DNA of 49,080 nt, from positions 1,209 to 50,288 of the forward strand of contig JAGQNK010000015.1 in assembly GCA_020428105.1 (NCBI GenBank), written 5' to 3'. Within the stretch, counting starts at the first letter, position 1, and every line of letters starts with the position of its first letter. The notes beneath the pieces are model-generated. The model saw only the letters and a program-made list of their open reading frames with translations. It did not search any database and was not told where the DNA came from. This document shows positions 8,633 through 18,448 of this stretch, piece by piece. The DNA comes from Candidatus Saccharimonadota bacterium (GTDB lineage: Bacteria > Patescibacteriota > Saccharimonadia > Saccharimonadales > JAGQNK01). The position numbers and the translations under genes were made by a program.

Positions 8633-10536
8633 TGGCCAAAAATCCACCCCTTGACCCTGTTGCAATTGCCGAACAGCAAAGACTAGCCGAACAGCAAGAA
8701 GTACAGGCCGCTTTCCAAAAGGGAATTACCGCCCTCCGCGACTTCATCGCACCCGCTTCGCTTGAATATTCATCAACTCACTTCCAGTTAGGCACACGAT
8801 TGGCGCGCACATATTATGTCTACGGCTATCCTAGGCAGGTCTATACTGGCTGGCTGAGCTCTATGGTCAACCTAGATGAAGTTATGGATATGTCTTTGTA
8901 TGTGTATCCTGTTGAGAGTCAGGTAGTACTAGAAAACCTACGAAAAAAGGTTTCGCAACTCGAAGCCGGCATCCAAATAGACGCCGAAAAAGGCCGAGTT
9001 CGCGACCCAGGCAAGCAGGCAGCTATTATGGACGCCGAGGAGATGCGCGACAAACTCCAAGTTGGCGAAGAGAGGTTCTTCCGCTTTGGCTTCTATTTCA
9101 CACTTTATGCCGGTAGCCAGGATGAACTAGATTTTGTTACCCACAAAGTTGAATCTTTACTTGGGCAACAGTTACTATTCTCCAAGCCAGCGACATCTCA
9201 GCAAGAACAGGGCTTCAATAGCACCGTTCCACAGCTTAGCGATCAGCTACAAATACGACGCAACTTCAGTACTGGTGCATTGAGCACTAGTTTCCCATTC
9301 ACCTCTGCTGACCTAACCCAAGACAGTGGCATCTTGTACGGTATAAATATGCACAATTCTGGATTGGTTATCTTTGACCGCTTTAGCCTAGAAAACGGCA
9401 ATGCAGTGGTTTTCGCCAAGTCTGGTGCCGGAAAGTCGTTCACTGTCAAACTAGAAGCACTCAGGAGTATGATGTTTGGTACCGAGGTGTTCATTATCGA
9501 CCCAGAAAATGAATACCAACGCATGGCCGAAGCCGTGGGTGGTGCGTACGTTCGTCTAAGTTTAAACTCACCGACTCGTATCAATCCGTTTGACTTGCCG
9601 AAAGTTATTGATTCCGACGATGCCGACAACGCCCTAAGAAGCAACCTCATAACTCTACATGGTCTGTTGCGCCTAATGATGGGTGGGGCTCAGACACAAA
9701 TGATGGGTGGTCAGGCGGCGGCTATTCCAGCACTCAGCCCTGTAGAAGAAGCCGATCTAGACGCCGCACTGATTGAGACCTATGCCAAAGCAGGCATAAC
9801 CAACGACCCACTAACTCATAATGCGCAACCACCGACAATTTCGGATCTGTACGACACTTTACTGCATATGGGTGGCACCGGACCTCAGCTTGCGCAACGA
9901 TTGCGCAAATACACTACCGGAACATTTGCGGGAATATTCAGCCAACAAAGCAATATTGACATTAATAACCAGCTGGTGGTGTTTAATATTCGTGATCTAG
10001 AGGATGAACTTCGTCCTGTTGCCATGTATATTGTTCTAAACTTCATCTGGAACAAAACCAAGACCGACAAAAAGCGACGACTATTAGTGGTAGATGAAGC
10101 TTGGCAGCTCATGAAGTACGAAGACTCGGCCAATTTTATGTTTAGCTTGGCTAAAAGGGCCAGGAAGTACAATCTTGGTATTACGACCATCACTCAGGAT
10201 GTTGAAGACTTTATGGGCTCTCGTATGGGGCGCGCCATTGTCGCCAATGCCTCAATGCAGATACTACTCAAGCAATCGACATCGGCAGTAGATGTATTGG
10301 CTGACGTCTTCAAACTTACCAGCGAAGAACGTAAGCGTTTGGCCCAGTTCCCGGTCGGGCAAGGATTGTTCTTTGCTGGGCAAAACCATGTACACATTCA
10401 GATAGCTAGTAGCCCGACTGAAACAAGCCTAATTACTACCAACCCCGAACAAGTTGCTCAAATCGAACAACAAGGCGAAATGGCCGGCATGCAGGGAACC
10501 ATTGATTTAAATAATAGGTTGCATCCTGGGTTATAA
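8632..10536 (+). CDS. virB4: VirB4-family T4SS ATPase
   Basis: Walker A AKSGAGKS, IIDPENEY, Walker B LLVVDEAW, RARKYNLGITTITQD; PrgI context. Confidence 0.9.
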   Translation: MAKNPPLDPVAIAEQQRLAEQQEVQAAFQKGITALRDFIAPASLEYSSTHFQLGTRLARTYYVYGYPRQVYTGWLSSMVNLDEVMDMSLYVYPVESQVVLENLRKKVSQLEAGIQIDAEKGRVRDPGKQAAIMDAEEMRDKLQVGEERFFRFGFYFTLYAGSQDELDFVTHKVESLLGQQLLFSKPATSQQEQGFNSTVPQLSDQLQIRRNFSTGALSTSFPFTSADLTQDSGILYGINMHNSGLVIFDRFSLENGNAVVFAKSGAGKSFTVKLEALRSMMFGTEVFIIDPENEYQRMAEAVGGAYVRLSLNSPTRINPFDLPKVIDSDDADNALRSNLITLHGLLRLMMGGAQTQMMGGQAAAIPALSPVEEADLDAALIETYAKAGITNDPLTHNAQPPTISDLYDTLLHMGGTGPQLAQRLRKYTTGTFAGIFSQQSNIDINNQLVVFNIRDLEDELRPVAMYIVLNFIWNKTKTDKKRRLLVVDEAWQLMKYEDSANFMFSLAKRARKYNLGITTITQDVEDFMGSRMGRAIVANASMQILLKQSTSAVDVLADVFKLTSEERKRLAQFPVGQGLFFAGQNHVHIQIASSPTETSLITTNPEQVAQIEQQGEMAGMQGTIDLNNRLHPGL

Positions 10537-10563
10537 TAAACACCAAAGAGGGAATATAACATA

Positions 10564-13527
10564 GTGCCTGCTGTCTACGACGACGAAAAAACCAAAGAAG
10601 ACGAGCTCCGAAGCATTACCGGCATAGATAAAGCTGAAGAAAAGGCCATAGAAGCACGAGCTCACGATGGAATAGCCAGTGCAGAGGCGGATGGTGGAAC
10701 CCCAGAAAACGATAGAGCAGCGAGAAATGAGCAAGGAAAGCTAGACGATCAAGTAGGCGAAGGCTATACAGAAAGTGGTAATAATGGAAATTCTAGTAAT
10801 AACGCTAGAATCAGTGGGCGGCGCAAGCAAGGCATTATTGCTGGTTCGCTAGTCACACTTGCTGTAGGTGCTGGTGGCATGGGATTCATGGCAGCACCAA
10901 ATTTTATCGTCAACCATCTTAGAGAATTGATGTTAGGTAAGGTGTCTCAGCTACAAAATTTTCACACCAGACGATACCGAAGAAGCAAAATGCATAAGAT
11001 ACGTGACATGTTCACCGCTGATGGCAGAAGAAGTAGCAAAGTTATTACTGACATGGAAGCCAGGGGCTACAAATTCGACTGGGGAAAGCCGAGGGGCAAA
11101 ACCATACAAGGGATAAAACCTCCAGGGGCAGACGATTTTATTAGAGGTGATGACATGAGTACTCATATAGAAGAATATATGGAGGTAAGACATCCTTTGC
11201 GAACGTCCAGGTGGAAGACCAAGAGGACAGAGTCACTATATAGAACCAGCAAACTACCTCGTAAATCGCCTGTTGTAGATGGACAGGACTATGACGACCC
11301 AGAAAAACAGATGAACAAAACATTGGCCAAAGAAGCACTGGATGAAGCAGACATAAAGCTTAGTGCTGATGTTTCTGATCCGCCCGAAGATACGCCCGAA
11401 GATGTCGTTGCAAAAACGGATGAAGAAATAAAAGACATGATTCAAAGCGATGGTTCGCTCGATCCAATAAAGCAAAAGCTACGGGCAGGAACGTCACTAG
11501 ATGAACTCACAAGTACCGAGAGAAGGGTTGCTCGTATTGGTGTCGATTTTGATGATGAACTAGCAGAAATTATTGCCAATATTGCAAGCAGCGGCAGTGT
11601 CGCGTCAAAGGTGTCCAAGGGTATCAAAAGTGCAACTATGAGTACAGAAATTCTTGATCGAATTTGCACAGTAAAAAAACGATTACAGGCCGTGACATTG
11701 GCAGCAAGATTATTTAGAGCAAGGTCCTTGTTACGACTGGCGGCAAGCTTCGTAAAGGCCTCTGATGACACAAGACGAGGTAAAGTTGACCCGAAGCTCA
11801 TGAATGCGTTATTTAAGCGTGTTACTACCACCGATTCAAACGGCTATCCAATTGGTGCATCAGAAGGATTTGCCTATATCATGAAGAACAAATTTAGTAA
11901 GTCTAAAAATGATGAGTTCAAAGGTAGCTTTGGTGTTGATGGAAAACCTACTGGAGTAGTCAAACGAATACAGGACACAACAAACATTCCTGGATGCTCT
12001 GTTTTCCAAAATGTCGGGTTTCAGGTGGGTGTAGCAGTAGTGGAGGTTGCTGTAGCATTCTTCTCAGGAGGTTCGTCTGAAGCAGCTGCTGAACCGGTAA
12101 AACAAGGATTAAAGGTAACAATAAAAGAAGCTATTGAGAGAGGCATAACCAAGGCCATGATAAGAAAAGGTCTGATGGAAGTTGGTAAAACTATCGCTAT
12201 AGAAGTGACTTTTGATATGGCTATGACCTATGTTCAGTTGCTTGCCGAGAAGTCTATGTCATTAAACTTCACAGGACAAGAAAAGGGTGGTGAATTGGGA
12301 AATATACTTGCCGCTGGATCAGGTGTCCTAAATAAACAACGAAGTTTACGGGCAGGCCAGGTACCCTCCACGGTAGGCCAATATGTTCAAGCACAAACAG
12401 AATATATTGCATGGAAAAAAGAAGAAACCAAAAAACAAAGTCTGTACACAAGAATATTTGACTATAATAATTATGATTCTGTAGCATTTAATCTAGCTTC
12501 AACTGTTGCATTTATGCCAATGACTCCGGCAGCCATTGGAGCATCTGTCGGTAACTCTTTTAGCAGTATCGTGTCCATGGTACTAACCAACCCTGCACGT
12601 ATAGTTGCGAAAGTTGGCGCAGTTTATGGTGGAAGTACCTTTGCCCAAGATTCAGACGAAATTAGTTTTGAAACTCTTAAGATTGGAGACAAATCACTTG
12701 CGACCGATCCCGCCGGCAACCTGCTGCCTATCATGCCTAGTGGAATTGAAAATATAGACCCTGAAAAGAATATTGAAGAATTAATAGAAGCGGGTGAAAT
12801 AGAAAGCGAGTCCCTTGAGCCTGTAAAAGGTAGTAATTTCGAACAACACATTGCAAACTGTGTAGACGCATTAGATACAATTTCAGTCATAGAGCATGAG
12901 GACCAGTCCAAGCCGGAGTTCGACTGCCTCGCAACTCAATCAATGACAAAGAAGTTTAAAGCACATCTTGCTTATCTTGATATGGTTGACGGAGTAGATG
13001 CAGAGTTCTTCCCTGATGAAATTGGGGGTAAATCCGGGGCATCAGCGAATCCAACCAGTGGCAATCTGACAGAACCCAGCTACGCTAAAAATCCAAGTGT
13101 CAAGGTCGATGGAGCACCACCCGGAGCTCATAAAACGTCAAACTGTACTGGTACATTTACGACGGGTGCAGCTAGCTTGAGGACTGTTATACTTGAAAAA
13201 TGGCAGCCTCCAGTTAGCTCAATCGGTGGATACTCCTGTAGAAAAAACACGGCATCCCCAGGCACTAGTATCCATGGATTAGGAAGAGCTCTGGATGTAA
13301 TGATAGACTCTACTACTCCGGAAGGTCTCGAAAAAGGAAATGAAATCAGAAACTGGGTGATCAACAATGCAACTCAGCTCGGGGTGCAGCGAGTTATCTG
13401 GAACAAATACACTTGGGCGGCCAATAAAGATGGCTGGCGACCCTATGGTGGCCCCAACCCCCACACAGATCATCTCCATATAGAAATAAATCTAGATGCA
13501 TCTACGAAAGGAAACCTTGGTAGATGA
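10564..13527 (+). CDS. Large membrane-anchored T4SS-associated protein with C-terminal M15-like Zn peptidase domain
   Basis: 987 aa, GTG start, TM near aa 90-110 and an internal hydrophobic segment. The C-terminus has SIHGLGRALD...HTDHLHIE (SxHxxGxAxD and HxH Zn motifs). Confidence 0.7.
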   Translation: MPAVYDDEKTKEDELRSITGIDKAEEKAIEARAHDGIASAEADGGTPENDRAARNEQGKLDDQVGEGYTESGNNGNSSNNARISGRRKQGIIAGSLVTLAVGAGGMGFMAAPNFIVNHLRELMLGKVSQLQNFHTRRYRRSKMHKIRDMFTADGRRSSKVITDMEARGYKFDWGKPRGKTIQGIKPPGADDFIRGDDMSTHIEEYMEVRHPLRTSRWKTKRTESLYRTSKLPRKSPVVDGQDYDDPEKQMNKTLAKEALDEADIKLSADVSDPPEDTPEDVVAKTDEEIKDMIQSDGSLDPIKQKLRAGTSLDELTSTERRVARIGVDFDDELAEIIANIASSGSVASKVSKGIKSATMSTEILDRICTVKKRLQAVTLAARLFRARSLLRLAASFVKASDDTRRGKVDPKLMNALFKRVTTTDSNGYPIGASEGFAYIMKNKFSKSKNDEFKGSFGVDGKPTGVVKRIQDTTNIPGCSVFQNVGFQVGVAVVEVAVAFFSGGSSEAAAEPVKQGLKVTIKEAIERGITKAMIRKGLMEVGKTIAIEVTFDMAMTYVQLLAEKSMSLNFTGQEKGGELGNILAAGSGVLNKQRSLRAGQVPSTVGQYVQAQTEYIAWKKEETKKQSLYTRIFDYNNYDSVAFNLASTVAFMPMTPAAIGASVGNSFSSIVSMVLTNPARIVAKVGAVYGGSTFAQDSDEISFETLKIGDKSLATDPAGNLLPIMPSGIENIDPEKNIEELIEAGEIESESLEPVKGSNFEQHIANCVDALDTISVIEHEDQSKPEFDCLATQSMTKKFKAHLAYLDMVDGVDAEFFPDEIGGKSGASANPTSGNLTEPSYAKNPSVKVDGAPPGAHKTSNCTGTFTTGAASLRTVILEKWQPPVSSIGGYSCRKNTASPGTSIHGLGRALDVMIDSTTPEGLEKGNEIRNWVINNATQLGVQRVIWNKYTWAANKDGWRPYGGPNPHTDHLHIEINLDASTKGNLGR

Positions 13528-15461
13528 CAAAGAACAATACATTCAAAAGTGCAATAGATATGTCTAAAACTATCTTTGTTGTGTTGCTTTTACTAAGCAC
13601 ATGCTTCCCACTCGCTGCTTTTGCACAGAAGCAAGACTGTAACGAGGCTAGGTTACGAGATCTACAAATTGCCATCGTAAACTGTACTGGCGAAAACGAC
13701 TGTACGTTACCCACAGCTACACCCGGTTTTGGCTCTATGAAATCTGGTGACTCTATTTATATTCTCGGAGATTCAATAACAGTTGGAGCCACGCCTCTGT
13801 ATGGTGCGAAATTCTCAGAGAAAGGCATATCTACCCAAATAAATGCGTTCTTGGGCAGATCCTGGACTTCCGGTGGAGGTTTTTTTGGCGGCACTCCTGC
13901 TAGGGATGCAGTACAGACAGATGCTGCCAAGATACAGTCTTCGAAAGGTATTGTTATCGCCCTTGGCAGTAACAACGGCATAGCAGGTAATCCTATTGAC
14001 CAGGTTATAAACGGTATCCGAGAGAAAAACCCTAACGCTCCGATTTGGTGGGTCAACACGGCTAGCACGAGAGCCGACTTGGGTAATTTGGGTGAATTTA
14101 ATGCAGCTCTCGAGTCAGAGGCAGGGAATAGAAACTTTCGCATTATTGACTGGTTCAAAACTATAGACCCTAGCGGCAACCCCAAATCACCTCCAGTAAA
14201 AGACACTATCGGACTCCTTGGCGACGGACTGCATCCAAATCCAGAAGGACAAAAACGGCTCGTTGATCTAGTTGTAAGTTCGGTTACAAGCGAGTCGCCG
14301 AGTGGCACTCCTACCGGTGGATGTGAGTGTAGTGTTGGGTCAAATGGCCCCATATCAATGACGGCATCAAACAATATTCCTGAGCCTCACAAAGCGGTTT
14401 TCGAGAGAGCTGCTTCTAAGTTTGCCGTTAATCCTAATCTAATCGCGGCATTGTTCTTGAGTGAGCAAGGCAATGTATGGAAGCCTTTTGATAGCCCTTG
14501 GGCCTCCTCTCCCGCAGGCGCAAGCGGTCCGTTCCAGTTTATGCCCGGGACCTGGGGTGCGTATAAAGAGGACGGCAATGGAGATGGAGTTACTGATATC
14601 ATGAACTTTGAAGATGCAGCATATGCCGCCGCGAAACTTGCCGCTACAGGTACAAACCAATCTACGCCCCTTGGGGACCTCAATAAGCCCTTTGCACCCA
14701 ATACTATGATATTTTTCTCGGCAACCTACAACTGGGGCGGGGGAAATGTTCAAAACAAGACCAACCCTGACTCACCAATAACTGCTGCCCCTAAGGAAAC
14801 GCAAAACTATATGAATAATATCCATATGGTGATATCTTCTGATTTTACCAAGAGCGGACACTCGGCATACGGCCCTCCTCGTATGCCTGGACAGACAGTC
14901 AATCAAACACCAGCCGATGGTACCAATACTTCTAGTGGCAACTGTGTGAGTTCTGGGGGCGACACCGGCCTTGCGACCAGCAATCCTACCGAAGCCAGAC
15001 AGAAAATATTATCTAGCTCTAATGTCATGTGGGGAAACTATGGATCTGCTACTAGCCAAAAATCTGATATTGAAGGATGTATGACCGACACTGCCTTAAT
15101 ATCTATAGCTACTATCATACAAAACTCAGGTGTTCAAATACCCGTAAATGCTCTCGCCACCGATCACGGAGGCTGCTCAGCTTCTGGCGGTAGCCTACAT
15201 AACCATGGCCGTGCAATAGACATTGGTTATTATGGCAACGCTAGTGCTGGCGCTGATAGACACAAGCCGGAAGGAGACACATTGTACAAATTCCTGTTCG
15301 ATAATAGAAATGTCTTAAAAATAGATGAGCTCATATGGCAATATCCACCCTCTGGCTATAAGTGTATCGACGGTGGCAACGTGGGCGAATGTGACACAAT
15401 CTATAATGCCGCAACTATGAACCAACACTACCACCACATACATGTTGGATTCCTAAATTAA
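13524..15461 (+). CDS. Secreted three-domain cell-wall enzyme: SGNH esterase, SLT lytic transglycosylase and M15-like peptidase
   Basis: Signal peptide. SGNH blocks GDSIT / GSNN / DGLHP. SLT motifs LSEQG, AGASGPFQFMPGTW and TYNWG. Peptidase motifs SLHNHGRAID and HYHHIH. ATGA-coupled to the upstream gene. Confidence 0.8.
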   Translation: MTKNNTFKSAIDMSKTIFVVLLLLSTCFPLAAFAQKQDCNEARLRDLQIAIVNCTGENDCTLPTATPGFGSMKSGDSIYILGDSITVGATPLYGAKFSEKGISTQINAFLGRSWTSGGGFFGGTPARDAVQTDAAKIQSSKGIVIALGSNNGIAGNPIDQVINGIREKNPNAPIWWVNTASTRADLGNLGEFNAALESEAGNRNFRIIDWFKTIDPSGNPKSPPVKDTIGLLGDGLHPNPEGQKRLVDLVVSSVTSESPSGTPTGGCECSVGSNGPISMTASNNIPEPHKAVFERAASKFAVNPNLIAALFLSEQGNVWKPFDSPWASSPAGASGPFQFMPGTWGAYKEDGNGDGVTDIMNFEDAAYAAAKLAATGTNQSTPLGDLNKPFAPNTMIFFSATYNWGGGNVQNKTNPDSPITAAPKETQNYMNNIHMVISSDFTKSGHSAYGPPRMPGQTVNQTPADGTNTSSGNCVSSGGDTGLATSNPTEARQKILSSSNVMWGNYGSATSQKSDIEGCMTDTALISIATIIQNSGVQIPVNALATDHGGCSASGGSLHNHGRAIDIGYYGNASAGADRHKPEGDTLYKFLFDNRNVLKIDELIWQYPPSGYKCIDGGNVGECDTIYNAATMNQHYHHIHVGFLN

Positions 15462-15479
15462 TCAAGTATAGGAGAGAGT

Positions 15480-16292
15480 ATGATAAGGATTAATAGAAAA
15501 TACATCCCAGCTATGGGACTGTTTGTTGGCTTGGCTATAATAATTTTTCTCTATAACACTTTTTACACCAGTAAACAGCTACAATACTCCCCTAAAAACA
15601 ACAACACGATTGCTGGACCGATAGTGATTAAAGCACGTGAAAAAATAAATCCAAAAAGTGGATCCTATACCATCACACCGTCGGTGAACGGTAATCTCCA
15701 GGTTGTAGACAACTATGTAATTTTTTGGCCCGAGCAGGATGGTGGTTTTGTACTGGACAGAACTTACCAAGCAGTGTTCAAAGACTTCAAAACCGAATCT
15801 AACAAAACCCTAAAACCAGTTAACTTTAATATTACCGTCAACAAAAAGACCGATTATGACAAGCTGCAAAAGGAGGTGTTGGAAAAATATGGACGCTTCG
15901 AGACATCATTTAACCCTTTCTTGGAAAAGTTGCCTTACAAAAAAGACTATAGTTTTAGGATTAGTTATGCGATAAATGAAGATCCTGATCAAGAGGATAG
16001 CCACAGAGAATCCGGCATAGTTGCACTGCTGGGTAACAAGGACAACTGGAAAGAGAAGAAAGATAACTACATTGTCTATATAGAGACTCTTGTCATCCAA
16101 ACCCAGAACCAGAGCTATGCATCCTATGTAGAAGATGTAAAACAAGCCAGACAGGAAGCAAAGGACTGGATCGCGGAACAAGGAGTCAATGTAGAAAAGG
16201 ATATTAACTATGCCTTCATGCCCGATGATAAAACGTTATCTAATCCGAACACCAGCAGAGAAGAAGTACCTTTGCTGCTTGATGATTATTAA
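15480..16292 (+). CDS. Membrane-anchored hypothetical protein, probable Ig-like domain
   Basis: GGAG SD, one N-terminal TM, a beta-rich segment; last gene of the + strand run, overlapping the recF stop region by 4 nt. Confidence 0.65.
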   Translation: MIRINRKYIPAMGLFVGLAIIIFLYNTFYTSKQLQYSPKNNNTIAGPIVIKAREKINPKSGSYTITPSVNGNLQVVDNYVIFWPEQDGGFVLDRTYQAVFKDFKTESNKTLKPVNFNITVNKKTDYDKLQKEVLEKYGRFETSFNPFLEKLPYKKDYSFRISYAINEDPDQEDSHRESGIVALLGNKDNWKEKKDNYIVYIETLVIQTQNQSYASYVEDVKQARQEAKDWIAEQGVNVEKDINYAFMPDDKTLSNPNTSREEVPLLLDDY

Positions 16293-17347
16293 CCCAAAGG
16301 AATGATGTGGCAGTTGTTCATAAAATGCTGCACCACCACATCTGCGTCGGTAGTAGTAATAAAAGTCTGATAGCCACTGATTACTTCTGTAAGTGACTTG
16401 CGTCGTTTGCCGTCTAGTTCACTAAAAACGTCGTCGAGTAGTAGTATAGGCTTACTGCCACGCGTTTCTTCAAGCAGCTGAAGTTCGATAATCTTCAACC
16501 CTAGAAGTACTGTTCTTGTTTCACCACGCGATGCAACTTCTGTGGCATATCGATTATCTAGTGTTATCCTTATGTCTTCTCGATGTGGTCCGACTGTAGT
16601 AAAGCCACGTTCAATGTCTACCGCCTGACGCGCCTCAAGCGTGTGCAGCATGCTCGAGCTGTACTGACCAATATCAAAGTCACTCGTATACATTATTTGC
16701 AAATCTACGGCTTTAAAGGGCGCCAAATTCCTATACAAGTCGCCGATTTTGTTATTGATTTCTGCTACTAGAGTGTGTCGATGCTGGGCAATGACCGCAC
16801 CAGCTTCACATAGACGAATATTCCAAGCAAAAAGCTGACCCTGTGCTGCCTGACCTCGTTTCAGCAGAGCATTGCGCTGCATCAATATTCGTCGATAGTC
16901 ACGTCTTGCTTTACTATATCCCGGAGTGGTTTGCTCCAATAAATTATCGAGATAGTCACGGCGCAAGTCTGGTTTTCCGTGCAAGAGCAGTAGGTGGTTT
17001 GGCTCAAACAGCACTACAGGGATAGTTTTTTGTAGACTAAGTCGACTAAACTTCTGGTCGTTGATAACAAATTCTCTCTTAACCGTACCATTGTCTTGGA
17101 CTAAAAGCTTAACCACTCTAGTGAAATCCGTCCCAACAGCATCAATACGCGACCAGGGCGCGCCAAACGCCACCAATTCCGCGTCCTTAACTCTATACGA
17201 TCCACCCGTGGATGCAACAAAAATAGACTCCAATAGATTTGTTTTACCGCTAGCGTTTGGTCCGACTATTATATTGACCCCTGAATTAAACTCAAATGAC
17301 TCGTCTCTATACGACCTAAACCTCTGAAGCCTTACACTCGATAACAT
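16289..17347 (-). CDS. recF: DNA replication/repair protein RecF
   Basis: QRFRSY, Walker A GPNASGKTN, ASRGE, LLLDDVFSELD; downstream of dnaN. Confidence 0.95.
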   Translation of the reverse strand: MLSSVRLQRFRSYRDESFEFNSGVNIIVGPNASGKTNLLESIFVASTGGSYRVKDAELVAFGAPWSRIDAVGTDFTRVVKLLVQDNGTVKREFVINDQKFSRLSLQKTIPVVLFEPNHLLLLHGKPDLRRDYLDNLLEQTTPGYSKARRDYRRILMQRNALLKRGQAAQGQLFAWNIRLCEAGAVIAQHRHTLVAEINNKIGDLYRNLAPFKAVDLQIMYTSDFDIGQYSSSMLHTLEARQAVDIERGFTTVGPHREDIRITLDNRYATEVASRGETRTVLLGLKIIELQLLEETRGSKPILLLDDVFSELDGKRRKSLTEVISGYQTFITTTDADVVVQHFMNNCHIIPLG

Positions 17348-17356
17348 AGAGTTATT

Positions 17357-18448
17357 TTAACTCTTTAGTGGCATGATGACATGTAGGTAATCGTCTGTTT
17401 TTGGGTCTGACAAAACTGTTGGTTCAAGCTTTCCATTAAAAGCAAAGATTACATCTTCGCCACCTAATGCGTGCAGTGCATCTAAAATATACCGAGAATT
17501 GAGAGTAATTGTTCCTTCATTAGTTATCTTTGCTGTAGCGGCGGATGTATTTTCTCCTAACTGTGAAGCCACTGAACGGATGCTGACTTGTGAGTTTTCG
17601 GCATCTAGGTGAATTGTTACACTTCCAGCACTCTCGCGAGCAAATAAACTAGAAACTTTCGTAATGTTCGTAAGGTCAGACCTTTTTAAATCCGCAGATG
17701 ATGCAAAAGAAGAGGGAATTAACTTACGATAGTCCGGGTAGGCCCCTTCAATCAACCTAGTCACCAACTCTACATCACCAACTTTGAATAAAACTTGTTG
17801 ATCATCGTGAAAAACCCCTACGTCGCCTCCAAAATCGCCTAATATTCTCAGTAAATCATTTAGAGCTGTGGCAGGGACCAAAAGATTTATGTCTTCATTG
17901 GTTTTCATTAGTCTCTTTTCGGCCAACCTATAGCTGTCCGTGGCGACCATAAATAAACTTCCTTCAAAACTATGTATATATACACCGGTTAATACTGGGC
18001 GGGCCTCGTCATTGGATGCTGCAATAACGACTTGCTGAAGACTTGTTTTTAATACCTTGGCAGGAATATTCCAAGATTTCCCATCTGTAATTGCTGGCAT
18101 AACCGGATAATCCTCCGCCGAAACTCCATTGATAACTGATTTGTATTTATCTGTACTTATATTCAGCTTATAATCGTCAAGTTTTAAGTCAATTACACTA
18201 TTGGGTAAACTACCAACAAAGTCTTGCATAAGCTTGGCTGGAACGGTAATAGAACCTTCTTCTGAAACCTTCGACCCAATGTAGTGAGTGATTGCGATAT
18301 CTAAGTTCGTCGCTGCAATGCTCAATCGATTGTCTACGGTTTTGAGTAATACGTTGGCTAAGATTGGCAACGTCCCTCTGGTATTTGCTACTCGGCTAAC
18401 ATTCGTTAATGCTCTGGCTAAGTTTTCTTGAGTTACTTGGAGTTTCAT
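17357..18448 (-). CDS. dnaN: DNA polymerase III beta sliding clamp
   Basis: LPILANVLL, ATDSYRL, RLIEGAYPDY, C-terminal VIMPLK; downstream of dnaA. Confidence 0.97.
   Translation of the reverse strand: MKLQVTQENLARALTNVSRVANTRGTLPILANVLLKTVDNRLSIAATNLDIAITHYIGSKVSEEGSITVPAKLMQDFVGSLPNSVIDLKLDDYKLNISTDKYKSVINGVSAEDYPVMPAITDGKSWNIPAKVLKTSLQQVVIAASNDEARPVLTGVYIHSFEGSLFMVATDSYRLAEKRLMKTNEDINLLVPATALNDLLRILGDFGGDVGVFHDDQQVLFKVGDVELVTRLIEGAYPDYRKLIPSSFASSADLKRSDLTNITKVSSLFARESAGSVTIHLDAENSQVSIRSVASQLGENTSAATAKITNEGTITLNSRYILDALHALGGEDVIFAFNGKLEPTVLSDPKTDDYLHVIMPLKS

Noticed and set aside
1-16292. Integrative conjugative element or prophage
   Set aside because: No integrase, relaxase, coupling protein, phage structural genes or flanking direct repeats were seen; the organisation matches the core Saccharibacteria locus.
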